From assembly GCA_977862235.1 (NCBI GenBank), contig OZ374565.1:186001-250000 (forward strand): a DNA stretch of 64,000 nt. The letters run 5' to 3'. Source of the stretch: Dudresnaya verticillata (taxonomy: Eukaryota). The position numbers and the translations under genes were made by a program. Below are positions 35,871 through 48,615 of the stretch, in pieces. Position 1 is the first letter of the stretch; the number at the start of each line of letters is the position of its first letter. The notes under the pieces are model-generated. The model was not told the origin of the DNA, did no database searches, and saw only the letters and a program-made list of their open reading frames with translations.

Positions 35871-36480
35871 TGTTACACATAGCGCTCGCACTGTTTGGGA
35901 GCACTCCCTACAATGGGATCCCAAAGCGCACACGCGACGCTGCAGGGTAATTCCCTAGAATGGGAGCCTGCTGGGGAACGCACTGCTGAACAATGGCAGA
36001 CCCCACGGCCGATCATGGCTATCGCGCACAGACCTGGTGAACCTGCACAAGGCAGAACTGCCGGTCTGACAAGGCGAATTTGCGTCCCTTCGGACAACCC
36101 TCTACATCTTATTGGCTAACTCTCAGGGTCCCCTAACAACAGGATTCAGACCTGAATGACTTTCCGTCCGTCCCCGACCCTCTGTGGGACGGCGGGTGTG
36201 AACACATCCACCTGTTCAGGTCTATCTGACTTGGAGCGGATCCCGCGAGCATGCGGGCCACAAATACTGTGGGTCGCTTTGAGCCGTCCGGCTGTAGAAA
36301 TAATAAAGGCAGCACGCTGGCGTCGAACGACGACGACGAGGGACAACACACCACTCCTCATCCACGCCGTGACTTTGCCTTCCACTTTGCCAACCCCAAC
36401 TTTCTCTCTACCGACCTTTTACTTTTCCTTTTCGCGTTCGCGATCTACTGCTTCGAAGGCAAAAGCGGTTACGCGTCACA
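35871..36480 (+). repeat. 3' LTR of the Gypsy element
   Basis: Direct repeat of 19230-19839. Confidence 0.95.
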
Positions 36481-37938
36481 AGAGCAATGAGGAAGCGATG
36501 ATTCTTTTTAATGAATGTGTACGGTGGTCTTATGCGTGGGGCTGTTCCCGACAGGCAAGCATACCGGTGGGGTTTGGGTCTATCCTATGGAAGGGTTTGA
36601 GTTATGTGAGAACCTAAAGGGTTTTTTGGGGGACCCGAAAGGGTAAAATCGTGCCTGCAGGCGTCTCGGATGGACGAGATTGCACCGACGATGGCGCAGA
36701 GATTACATGCGCCAAGTGATGGTAGCGAAAGGGCTTTCAGAGACTGGGCCAGGAGTTGGGCTTCTTCGTCGAAAAATGGGTACCGAGGCGGGATGAGGAA
36801 CGTCCAGACGTGCCACTGATTTCCGCTTTCCTCCTCTGCGGTTCGACAACTTCAAGACAGGTGCTAACCGGTTTGCAGAGTACACAGGGCCAGGGAATCG
36901 CCCAGATAATTCCGCAAACCATTCTTGTAGCAGCGCTTCGCGCAATTCCCTCTGCGCTCCTGTGTGTCGGGGTGCTTGGCACCAAAAACACGTTGTGTAG
37001 TCTTAACAGCAAGTGTTATTTGAGCAAGCCGGGAGATCAGAAGTTTTGCTACGTCAACAAGGTTTCGTAACCCGCGCGCATCATAGTGCCCTAAAACGTA
37101 TGCTGAGCGTTAGAAAAGGATGTCCGATGCGGAAGAGGTCCCTGAGATCCTGCTAACGTGTGGCAGTGGTAACAAAATTGCCGTCAGGAACGCAAAAGCT
37201 GCTCTAGAAGTCACTCAGAGGGACACAGGTGTAGAGAAACCTCGGGGTAGAGGACAGGAGTCCGTCTACAGTACGTTTAATGTGGTGAAGTGGGGTCGGC
37301 TGCGTACGAGCGCAGATGAAGTGCCTAGATACGCAGGGTAGTGTGCAATCGCAAGCGTAGGTTCAGATGCCGCAGGTCTTCACTTAGGCTGAAATGTATA
37401 GGACTATTGCCGATTGGCATCACAACACTTTACGTATGTGTACAGACGGACCTACGCTGTATAGCGACTAACTTACCCAAGAGCCGGCAGCTCACACTGT
37501 TGCTCAGTCAGCAGTGGCTGCGACGCTTCCCCGGCTCGGGTTCACGGAGAGCGCCTCTGGGTGGCGCTTCGGCCAAAAGACACAGCCAATCATGGCGGTT
37601 TACACTTACGGTGCCGTCACGAAACGCAAACCGCGAAGCTCCGCACCAATTACAAAGCGGAGCGCCGCTTAACATTAATTTTGTGCACTCTACAGTACGC
37701 ACTGTACTCTAATTTATGGGAAAATTCCCCCGGTCAAGGACACGCGATGGACTCCGCGATAAGTTAGAGCGAGGATGGTATGCCGCGGCACGGAGGGGAA
37801 GGGTATTCGGTCAATGCAAAGTTTACTTAGGCGTTACAACGCGGAAAGGTCCACTAGCTAATCGGGCGCTCCCCCACTCACACCAATCTACTATCCCTAG
37901 GGAGCGTCCGATGCGAGCACTACAATGAGGAATTGACG

Positions 37939-40269
37939 TCAGTCCGAGTCAGAGTCCATTAGGTCAATGACTTCGTTTGGGCGCAACGGCGGATTCGCAA
38001 CGGGGCCTTGCCCTGGCATCATGGTCACGCGACGGACCTCGCGTACCATGCGACGACCGCGGCCGCGCCGAGCTCCGACTCCCCGCGCCGTAACTTCACC
38101 ACCCGCCTCGCTAGGCCCGGCATCTCCATCGCCAGACGGCGCGTCACCCTCCTGGACACCCATGTCCTCTTCCTAGAGCTCCTCCTTGAGCAGCAGCTCC
38201 GTCTTGACAATAACCTCTTGCGGCTCAGCCGCCGCCGGGGGAGATTCAACGGCGTTAGCAGGAAGGGTCAGCTCGAGTTGCAAACCATGGCCAGCGGGCA
38301 CTTCTGGCACGGGTAGGTTGACCGTTACCTCCATGGGTGAAGAAGTCGGGGCGCTCTCCTCAACGGCTCCTACCGCCAGCTGCGAAGCTGCAGCGGTTGG
38401 AGAATTGGTATGCGGACCCGAGGTAGCGACGGAAGACCCTTCACGCGGAACAGCGGATGTATCGGCAAGCGTGCCCTCGCGCGGATCCGCACCCTGTCTA
38501 CCACCGACTGGTGCCACGGGAGCACCCATACTTGGCAGCGAAACAGCGCGACGGTCTTGATGACCCAAGCCCAAACGGGAACGGCGCTGAAGTCGCGGGT
38601 CTCTTGAAACGGAAGCGGAAGCTGAGGCGCTCGGCGCGCTCGCCGCAGCTGAAGGATCTGCCACAGCGGAACCCAACACACTCGGCGCGCTCGCCGCAGC
38701 CGAAGGGCCTGGAGCCACGGCACTCGTCGGAGCTTCCTGAGCCTGCTCCGACTCCACGACGGTCTGCTGACCGACAGGCGGAAGCGCGGCTAACGACGCC
38801 TTCAACGCCTCGATGGGCCCCGGTGAGCTCACCCAGTTCGACTCATAGTTGCAAAGGACGTCTTCGACCCAATCCGCGAGACTGTAGAGAGTCAGATGGG
38901 TCACCTCCCAATGGACAGCCAAGCGGATGGCGAGACCTCGACGGTTGAATAAGTCCCGAATGGCGGCATCAGCCCTTGCGACGTTTCGCACTCTGGGTGC
39001 GTACGGACCCTGGGGCTGTCCCGACACAGTAGTGTCCATCGGCGGCACGTCAGCCGGAGTCGCGGGAGCCTCGCCGGAAGCACTATGCCAGTCTTTGGTG
39101 TAACCAGTCATGCGCTCACCGGTGTCAACGAGAAGCGTCTCACCTTCGGCGGGTTGCGGTTGCAGCAGATACTACGGTAGGAGAGGGTGCCACTGCACCG
39201 GGTCGAAGTCGACCCAATCACCACGGTCGTACACCGGCGTCACAAACCCGGTGTCCTCCGGAAGGTAGCGATTGCGCTTGCTCACACGACTCCAACGAAT
39301 GCGTTCGACGAACACGAGGAGCGCCTCCAAATCCGTAGCGTCGACAGCTGTCGTGGTGAGTAGGCCAATTCCAAGTCCCCGGATCTCGGTGCGCAGACCT
39401 GCGTTGATGTAATACAAGTACCCCCGACGGGCTTCATACATGAAGGTCTGCGCCACCATCACCACCCATTCGCTACGGAAGATCATCCACAAGAGGCCAT
39501 GATGATAGCTTTCGTGCATCATATCAAGGCCTCTATACGCCACGACTGGGGGTGTGCCGACAGGCATGGAGTAGGAAACTTCGTACTCACGATGATCCGT
39601 GGGAATAGGGACGTACTTCCCCGTGTAGAACTCGGGCTTGATGGCCACCACTTCTTGGCAGTGCGCCGGCACGAAGCACCCGGTCCGATGACGATGACGA
39701 CGCTCGAAGCGAAGGAGCTCGCGAGACATCACTGTCTGCGGATTGTCCAATGCGTACTTGAAGTTGGACGTCTCGTCCCACCACGTAATGCGCGCCATCG
39801 TGAATGGATAGTTATCCCGACCGGGGCGGATGAGTGGTCGTTCAAAAGCGACCAACTCCAGGCTGTAGCCTCCCTTCGCGTGGAACTCAATCAGCTCCGG
39901 CATGAACTCCATGAAGGCTTGAGAGTGGTGCTCCACGTAACGTTGCTCGAAGAGGAAGCGCACCATCGCGAGGTCCCACTTGTGGTTCGTTGGCAACGGC
40001 GGAAGCGCGATATTGGTCCCTCGCAGGATACCAATTCGCTCACGAATGAGAAACTCCCACGAGCGGGCTTGAGCGCGATGACGGCCATAACGGCGGATAT
40101 CTTCACGACGCGCACCGGCGGTGGCCCGAATATGGGTGAGGTCCGTTCGGAGCAGCCAGTCGCGGCTCTTCGTGATAGACAAAGGCACACCTGCCGCATC
40201 AACGCCAAACCCGAGGACAGCCGAGCTAGAGCCCGCCTGCCCATACGGGAGGTTGGGAGTCGTCGCCAT
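37939..40269 (-). pseudogene. Long antisense accessory ORF of an LTR element (about 776 codons, two in-frame TAG stops), function unknown
   Basis: ORFs 39172..40269, 38173..39111 and 37939..38163 share one frame. Globular N-terminal half, low-complexity C-terminal half. Lies just upstream of the PPT and LTR at 41045. Confidence 0.7.
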
Positions 40270-40761
40270 GCGGGCCGAAAAGAGTAGTGAAGCGGAGCGC
40301 CGCGCGGATGAGATCTTCTACTTGAGTTCTTCTCCCTGAAGCTTGAAAACTTGAAGGTCTTCTGCCTGAGGTCTTCTACCTGAAAGCTTGAGCCTGAGAC
40401 TTGATGGTCTTCTCCCTGAGATTCTTGAAGGTGTAGCAACACCGGCACAACCGGCCGCGCCAACAAGGCGATGAGAAGCGACGGCGAAGCGCGCAGTCGC
40501 GTGAGCACCGCTCCGAAGCAGCTCGCGGAAGCGCCGCTGCGTACGACGCCGTGCAGGGAAGGGCGAGCGCGATTCGCGTTATGAAAGGAAAGACGCGCAC
40601 GCCGCGTGGGAGTAATGAAGGATGAAGGCCGGAGGGCGACAAAGGAGGAGAGAGAAGGAAGCCGATGGCGCAGCGCAGCTGGGAACGTTGAAGAGCGTTG
40701 AGTTGCTGCGGGCTGTTGATGCCGAGACGTGAGAAGTCGCAATCGGGTTGCAACCCTTTGC

Positions 40762-40768
40762 TTATATA
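40762..40768 (-). promoter_or_regulatory. Candidate TATA box (TATATAA) for the antisense ORF
   Basis: GCTATATAAG on the minus strand in GC-rich context, about 490 bp upstream of the ATG at 40269 and followed by a pyrimidine-rich leader. Confidence 0.4.
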
Positions 40769-41044
40769 GCCGCGCCGCCGCGCCAAAATTGGCTCACGCA
40801 AACTCGTGAGCCGCAATGCTCACGAGTCGCCGACGTCGAGACGGGCGTGCCCGCACACTGAGGTGATGGTCCGCGATGACACGCATGTAACCCGGGCCTG
40901 CACGGCCGCTGGCCCGACTTAATTCCCCACCGGGCGCGATACATAGACAGACGTTGGGCGCTCAACCGCTCAGGAAGGAGATTTAAGATTCAGAAACCGC
41001 CAATCATAGCCTCGCGGGCCGCTTCGGTCTTCAGAGGGGGGCTG

Positions 41045-41845
41045 TGTGGCAGTATGGACGCTGTCAGCAGAAGGGCTTACAGAAGCGCACTTCTTTTCGC
41101 GGGACAGACTGTCCCTTAATCAGGACAGCTGTCCTTTCATCGCTGTACACGTGGATGACACTTGGGATACACGTGTGTACACGTGGACTTACAGCTGCAC
41201 ACGTGGCATACACGTGGCCTTGTAATGACGCCAGTTGGGCGTCTCGTATTGGCTGATTTATGACGCGCCGCTGCGCTCCTACTCACGGACGAGGAGCACC
41301 TCTGCGCTCAGGGTATCGACAGTGCAGCCGGGACCTCGGCTTGCGCACCGGCGCATCCGCCACCAAGTCCCCTAACTGGAATGCATTCCCACTTTTGACT
41401 TGTACTGACTGTACTAATCTTTGTATCTATAATCGTAGACTAACTTATACCCCCTTTTGGGCTGATAGAGTTTTCGGCTGTCAAGCCCTACTTATGGGCG
41501 CCGGAATAGCCGGCGCCCTCAGAATAAACACTCAGCGGAGTTGTCCGGGAAGTTTCCATCTTTTGGTCGCTCGGACGCTCCGCGCCTGCAGGGGTCGCCC
41601 AGTACAGGCCCGGACATCGTACGACAAGTACTCTACGAAACACCGGGTCGCAACCTCTATACTTTCCTTCAGTCGGTCGCGCCGAGTCTTTACCTTGCTT
41701 CCGCACCCCCCCTTTCGGGTCATCAGGGCCCGCCTTTTCCAAGCCTCTACCAATCCTCCCTCGAGCTACCACCAATTAGCGTGTGACATCGGACAGCTGT
41801 CTTTTCTTGTTCTTTGCTGTTTCTGGCCGCTGCCATACTGCTACA
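41045..41845 (+). mobile_element. 3' LTR (801 bp) of a second retroelement whose internal remnant is 36481-41044
   Basis: Terminal inverted repeat TGTGGCAGTATGG...CCATACTGCTACA, with a polypurine tract (AGAG plus G run) immediately upstream. Confidence 0.85.
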
Positions 41846-42171
41846 GCTCACACCGCGGAAGGGCAAGGCTAAGGTTGATAAGAACAACAGGTCCAAAGAC
41901 GGTCAGAAAGGCAGTGCTACCGACCGGGGAAACTCCGTAAACAATGCAGGGAAGGACCGGGAACGTCCTGCGCCTATTTTTCTAAACGAGGTCTGTGCGA
42001 AGAAGTGGAAGCTCCATCCTGGAGGGGTTCGTAATTGCCCGTTCACCGACCCTGAGAAGGCTGAGGCCGTGATCAAGGAACACATTACCCGCAAGTGAGA
42101 TAAGGCTGAGGAGGCAAGGCAGGTTCGCTTCGACCAACAAGACATTTATGTGAATACTACGCTAATGGGAG

Positions 42172-42845
42172 TGTGGTGTAGTGAGCCGAGGCGCGCATGC
42201 GGCACGCCGACGGCGAGCGAACCGTAACGGGTGATGTGGCAATACGCCACGCTGATGATCTGGCAACTGTAATCGTGGCGGGTGTGTGCGCATTACTGTG
42301 CACTTGTCTGCATCGCTGTACTGTAAGTGGAGCGCACCAAACGTAGCGGAGTATTTGTAGTCTTTATTCTTTATTTTTAGTGAGTCTGTGTACAGTGTGT
42401 AGAGTAGCGCGCCAGCCAATGAGAATGCTGCGCATGTCCGTGTCGGAGATTCGGACCAGCAGGGCCAATTCCACCATAGGACCAGACCACTAGGGTCCGG
42501 CCCCCACGGACCGGACCGCTCGGTGCCACCCTGACTTGTATATCAGGGCGGCACCGCAGCGGCTCCTAAGGTAAAGGGGTAAGCAACCTTAGCCCAATCC
42601 TTTGCGGTTTTCCCCGCGCCGAGCCCGTTGCAGTCTACCACCACCACCGTTACGGAGTCCGTCCCGGCACTTGTACCACCCCCTTGTCTGTTGCTTCCGA
42701 ATATCCGTCTCGGTTAGCCGCTCGCTGTACTCCCGTTTCGGTGCGAACTGCTCTACCACCCCGTGGAGGTAGTGTTGCTCTCGTCCGTTAAGGAAAGTCA
42801 GGCCAGCTGTCCGTCTCGGAGTTCGTTGGTTTTCACTACACCACA
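42172..42845. mobile_element. Solo LTR (674 bp)
   Basis: 13-bp perfect terminal IR TGTGGTGTAGTGA/TCACTACACCACA with TSD GGGAG. Related to the LTR at 47263 (CAGCCAAT.AGAATGC, CACGGACCGGACCGC). Confidence 0.9.
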
Positions 42846-42971
42846 GGGAGCTACATTCGCTGGGCTAGTGGAACGCACGACGTGTGCTGATGGCGTTTCA
42901 GACATAAATTTGATGCCGCCAGGACTGTATGCCACACTTCTAGAGAAGAGAGCAGACATGTCAGTGAAGAC

Positions 42972-43745
42972 TGTAATATAGACGTCGGGTCGATCCGACG
43001 TCTGGTACTTGCTGGTCCGAAGCCGCCAAACAGACCCGTCGATGGGTAGCTGTTGGGGTTGGTAGAGCGGTGTCGGCCGCGTGCGCCCCGCAGGTGTGGA
43101 TCGACGACGTCGATGCCGAAGCGCGCACGGGGCGTACCGTACGTGGGTAGGCAGCGGCCGGATCCCAGCGTTCCTGTCGAAGGGCGGCACGAAGCCGACG
43201 GAAAGGAAAAGGAAAGGGGAAAGCCTAGCGAGGCAAGGTGAAAAAGGGAAACCGCCCGCTGGCGTAAGGCATAGGGATCGAACCCGAAAAGGCTGGGGGC
43301 AAGCTTCAGCGCGAGCTGTTGCTTACCCGGTTTACTGAGCCGTCGATGGCCGACGGTCTTAAATACCCTACACTATGTGCACTACGACTAATTCTACAGT
43401 AGGTGCGCCCCACAACACCAACGCGGGAGGTGTGCGAGCGCGCGCCCATACACGTGTCGACACGTCCGGGTAACGGTTACCCGTGGGCGCGCGCGGGGCG
43501 TAACGGGCAGCGGCCCTCTCAACGGCTCGATGCCGGAGAGCGTCACAGGGGCGCGCCATGTGCGGCACGGCGCGTGGCCGCTGCCGGCAGCAATGCGGTC
43601 GACCGCTACTAATTCAACGAAAAAACGAAGGGCACGCTGCCCAACCACGACTCGCCAGCGGGCGTCATCGTGTGCACCCTTACAGTGCAGAGCTGCCAGC
43701 ATACCTTACAGCCGCTGCTGGTAGGGTGCTGACAGCTATACTACA
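42972..43745. mobile_element. Solo LTR (774 bp) in the protease region
   Basis: TGTAATATAG...CTATACTACA with TSD AAGAC (42967-42971 and 43746-43750); the protease frame resumes afterwards. Confidence 0.9.
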
Positions 43746-45160
43746 AAGACGTTTGAAAAGACAAATAAGTTCGGGCTAGCAGCGTCCGACTGTCATGTCC
43801 AGTACAGTAAGGAGGTGTCTCTTGACACCGAACTCCACATAAGGCACGGCAAATCACTGATGATACGGAACCTAAAGTGGTATGCGTCAGTCCAGAAAAT
43901 GAAAGAGCCGTTTTTGGGACGCCCGATTCAAGAAGCCCTGGGATTAGATGCTAAGAAGATGTTAAAGGCAACGTGCGATAGGTACCGAGGGATGGTAGAT
44001 GCTAATGATTTAGTAGAAAGCGAGGAGTACGTAGAAGGTTCGATAGCTAGGATCCTGTCATCGAGACTCTTCCACTCGGACAAGGCAGCGACGGAGGATG
44101 ATTCCGCAGCAGAAGAAGGGCATTCGATTGATCTTGGAATCGATACGCCGGAGGAGCTAGATGCAGCATTTAATAGGATGCTCAGGCAAGCAGAAGAGAA
44201 TGGGATTAGTCAACCAGGATTGGAATATATGCGAAAATTGTTGGGCGAGTACTCTGACGTGTTCTGCGTAAGATTAGGCCTCGGGCTGCCAGCGGACGTG
44301 GAGCCAATGCAAGTACACATCAAGGAAGGTTTGGTCCCATATATTGCGAAGGCACGGTGTTAGCCAACTGATCAACGTGCGTTCATGTCGAAGTTTATGA
44401 GCAGACTGATCGACTATGGTATGGCAAAGCCCAACCCGAATGCTGAATGGGCTGCGCCTGCGCTACTGGTCCCGAAGAACCCCCGGCGAAATACAGACTC
44501 ACTTTCGATCTGAGACGAGTTAATCAGTGTACGAAACCCACGACGTGGCCAATGCCACAAATACAGTCCGAGCTCATGGACTTCTCTGGGAGTGGATTCT
44601 TCGCGAGTATTGATTTCTGTAACGGATATTGGCAGATGCCGTTACACCAGGACAGCCAGGCCTATCACAGTTTCCTGACACCTACATGGGCATGTCAGCC
44701 GACGAGAACCCTTCAGGGCGCCCAGAACGCCGCCCAAAACTTCCAGTCAAGGGTGGAACCGTGTTTCAGAGAGTTGAAGGAATTGCTAAAGGCATTGCTC
44801 GACGATTTTGCAGTACATAATCGGCCGGAGGCTGGTCTGATACAAACTCTAAGGTCATTCTTTGAAATATGCAGATAGAGAAACTTGAAGATCTCAGCAA
44901 GAAGACGGTATTATTCGCTAGGACACTGCGTTGGTGCGGATACGTTGTCGACAAGGACGGGGTGGAATGCGACCCGCGTCGGCTCAGCGGCCTGAAGGAC
45001 GGGCACCCACCCGTCAATGCAGCAGAATTGTCTCAGTTTGTCAATTGTCTCCAATGCATGAGCGCGTACATCCCAGACTTTGCGCAAAGGATCTTGTGCA
45101 CAGATCTCGCCACTACGTGATGTACTAGAACGGTCTCAACTCCTTCAGGAGTAGACTACG

Positions 45161-47247
45161 TTACGGTCTTCTTCGGCGACGAGGTCGTGCGGTGGCCCCA
45201 CGCCTTGATGGCTTCTCCACCCGGGGATTCTCTGGGCACAAGGACCCTGGGGTCCTCGCACCCCTCTCGATCTCGTCAACGCCTACTGGTGTAATCTCGT
45301 CAGGGGGTGGACTGTCCAGTCGCCCCTGTAACGGATATACACCGGATGGAGTTCCCCACTCGCACGACAACGGAATCCTTGATGGCCCCTCCGTCATGGG
45401 GTACAACCTCGAGCGGGAGCGCATCGCGTGCCAGCTCGACATTTGCTCGTTGATTAACCACACCGGCTCGGGGTCTTCTTCTGACGGGAAATAGGCCATC
45501 TCACATCCAGAGTTGAGCGGTGGCAACAACAGCAGGCCGTCTTCATCCCAATGGTAACCGGTAAACCCTGGGTTCTCTACCATTTGGTTTTCGCGTGGAC
45601 CGTGAATGAAGAGTCGCTCAACACGCGCCAAAGGGTATTCGGTCCCCTCGACCAGCCGGGCTACTCCAACTTGGTGTATAAGCGCAACCACCTTGCCGGG
45701 AAATTTGAAGATTCGCCCACACTCGCCACCCTCCGGGTCCGTCCTGTTCCGCGGGTATGCTCTCCAGTCGGTCATCTTCGAATTGGCTCTCATGCCCCGG
45801 TAGGTAACCTGTAACCACGAGAAAAGGACGAATATTGCCCATTCCGCTCGGCGTATCCGCCCCAACACGGTCATCAGTGGATGGTCAGCTGACTTCTCCC
45901 CACCTGGGTGTGCAGCTTGCCAGTCGTGATGCTGTATAAACCGATTGGAGAAATAAGCCACCACCGTCGGAGTTGGCACTGACAACCAACGGGTGACTTA
46001 GTACTCAGCCCTCCAATCCGGAGCGGTGCAGTACAGTCGACGATGCGCGCTCCCGGCGCCACCTGGAAAAAATCGTTCGTGTTCCAAGTATGGAGTATCA
46101 CCCTTCTGAGGTGGCGCACGTCTCTACCCCGCAACAGGATCCGGTGTTCTTTCGCTGCGTCATCCGCCCACCGTTGCGGATTCCCAAACCAGTGGAAGCC
46201 TTGGTAGTACGGCTTCTCGTAGCACAGGAAGACGACACGAACTGCAAGGTCTCGCAGTCGATGGGCCAGCGCCAGCAGCCGACACACCTTGTTGGGGTAG
46301 CCTTCCTGTTCCTGACACCTCAACCACACGATGTCGCAACCGGTTGGAGTCCTCACTCTACAATTTGAGTGGATCCACCTAGCCCTCCACATCTCCTCAC
46401 GCCGATTCGGGAACCACTTGTTGTTGATTTACCCACTGGAGTCCGTTACGGCGCTATAGCGACGTCCCGGGAGGTTGTCACCATCGTTTGCCACGAGCAC
46501 CGCTACCGGCATGGGGAGGAGGACCATATCAGGCTCCTCTTCAGTACGCTGCCGCCGGCCGGTACGGTGATCATAGTCCCGACCCGGCAACGTTCTTTCA
46601 TCGGTGTATCCCGTCGATTCCGCGTGCCCATGGTAGCTCCCTTGCGTTCCCGGCGTATATGGCAGCGAGCCCGACGGTCCGCCGCCTGCACCCATGTGGA
46701 GTGGGGGTGAGGCTACTGCACCTCCAACTTGCCCATACGGGGGACCCGGCGCGTACGTCTCGTATCGCCGATGCGGAGTTGCCCGACGATAGCCAAGGGA
46801 CCCCATCGCGGTGTTGCCTTTCGAGGGGCCAAGCCGTTGTGCCCCCAGCCCCACTTGTCGATCCGGAGGCGGAGTAGGCGTCGTTGGAGCCTCGCCACCA
46901 TCACGCCGCCTCGGCACCCGCGGGCTTATCGCACGTGTCGGCAACGCCGGTGTTGCGCTCGTTGCAGCCACAAACTCCGGCATGGTGTCCGCGGGCTCGC
47001 CGCCTTCTCCTTCTTCTGCTTCCGGCCCAGGAGCCTCTCCCACTAAGGGTGTATGCCGTGTCGGATGGAAGGGGCGCCGTGCGCGGTCAGTGTTACCGCC
47101 CGCCATCGCTAGCGGCACACCGGGTTGGACTCGAGCGTTTGTGGATTTGCCCGAGGTGGAGCGCACTGTTGGTGTTAGTTCCGCTGTTGGATACACCTGA
47201 GTGGAGATGCCAAAGACGTGCTGCGGCGCACGAGGACGTGGCGCCAT
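45161..47247 (-). pseudogene. Second antisense accessory ORF (one stop, one frameshift), function unknown
   Basis: ORFs 46429..47247 and 45874..46392 are in frame, then shift to 45161..45985. The ATG abuts the PPT. Shares P.VVAY and H.L...I.R.EW motifs with the 39172..40269 ORF. Confidence 0.65.
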
Positions 47248-47262
47248 TGAAGAAGGGGGGTC

Positions 47263-47943
47263 TGTGGTGAAGTGTCCGTTTCGGAGTGCGGACGACGGGC
47301 GAGCCGACGTGCGACCGTCGACAACCCGCGCTCTGCTAAGCGCGCGTCAAAAGCCGAAGCGGGAGTACAGCGACACAGTAGCACTGTATGCCCTGCTGGA
47401 GTCTGCGCTCACCACCAATCGGAGCCAAGTAGTTGATTTATTTGTAATTAGGTAATTGTAATGATGCTGTACAGTACGTAGTGTCAGCCAGCCAATAAGA
47501 ATGCCGAGCATGTCCGAAACGTTGACCGGGACCAGTAGGACCGGACCCACCTGGTGGACCAGACCCATTGGGGTCTGGCCCACACGGACCGGACCGCGGG
47601 GCGTATCTCCCAGTATAATAATGGGTGGCCACCGCGAGTCCTACAGTAAACGGGTACGCAACCCTGGGCAAAGTGACTCACCCTAAGCCTTACCCTCATA
47701 CTCCTTTTCGGTTTCCCCTCGCCAGCCCGGTGCACGGATTCGTCTTACCTCCGTCCCGGCGTAGCTGTCCTGTCACTGTACCGTCCTCCTTGTCCGTTGC
47801 GTCCTGTTACTCCTTACAGGTTTTGCCGCTCTAGGTACTCCCTTCGGTCTACGAACTAAGCTCTACCTCCCCGGTGCCGTGTTAGATCACTCCTTCTTGG
47901 GATTGCCTGATCAAATCTCCTTAAAGGTGCGCCTTTCACTACA
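47263..47943 (+). mobile_element. 3' LTR (681 bp)
   Basis: TGTGGTGAA...TTCACTACA with PPT GAAGAAGGGGGG upstream. Confidence 0.85.
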
Positions 47944-47972
47944 GCACATCAAGCGAAAACGTTTTGGCAGTG

Positions 47973-48615
47973 TGTAGTAGTATGGCCCGTCAAGGCAGAA
48001 ACCCGCCAACCGGCAAGGACAGCTGTCCTGACGGTGCACAACACACTAGCTTGGGTAGCTCGGGAAAATGTTGGTAGAGACTTTGAAAGGCACAGAGCCT
48101 AAGGGAAAAGGGAAAAAATGGGCGGCGCCACCCAGCTCGCACAGAGCAACCGTCGTGTGGAGGCAAGGCTCGTAAAGCACCTGAAAGAGAGGTTACGGTG
48201 AGTCCGTGAATTCCAGAAAAAGGGTAAAGACCCAAAACCCACCGTGGGTTCTATTCAGGAGGCCCCTGCTACTCAGGGGCCTATTAAGTATACAGAGCCG
48301 AAAATGCTCTTACCTCCTGTGAGCTATTCTAAGCTATTCTAACTGTCATTATTAGTCTAATTGTACTGTTGTCAGTTATAAATACGGATTAGTGGTAGTA
48401 CCGCGTCGGGACGTGTGAGCGGCCACAATAAATTACCCAATGGCAATTTGCCATCAAATTTGGTGCCAGCAGGGACGCCAGCGAGGAGCATCGCCCTTGC
48501 AGCACACGGTGCTTGTGCGCGCCTTACAGCTTGATGCGCGTGGCCGTCTTACACCTTAACGCGCACAAATGACTTACAGTGCGCCAGCACTTCTGCTGCG
48601 GCTCATTCTTCCACA
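47973..48615. mobile_element. LTR related to the 20193-20918 solo LTR
   Basis: Starts TGTAGTAGTATGG and shares GGCCCCTGCTACTCAGGGGCC and AGAGCCGAAAA. Right end (TTCCACA) is uncertain and no TSD was found. Confidence 0.55.

Larger units (their letters stand above)
19230..36480 (+). mobile_element. Ty3/Gypsy (chromodomain-bearing) LTR retrotransposon, decayed, with two nested insertions
   Basis: 610-bp direct LTRs with TG...CA ends. Domain order is gag, protease (LTDQGSDANL), RT (WQAAPLLVPK, YRMTVDLR, LDFVSGYWQ, WLDD), RNase H (VFTDAS, FTDHRNL, NVFADILTR), integrase (GHRG..FWW..CLHC; SDQGSHF; NGSVER) and a chromo-like tail. G-rich PPT-like GGGGGCAC precedes 35871. Confidence 0.95.
41846..45095 (+). 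pseudogene. Third Gypsy remnant: gag C-terminus, protease and RT (truncated), interrupted by two solo LTRs
   Basis: CADGVSDINL protease, LHIRHGKSLMIRNLKW, YRLTFDLRRVN, IDFCNGYWQMPL and LLDDF; homologous to the 21.7-33.7 kb pol. Confidence 0.88.
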
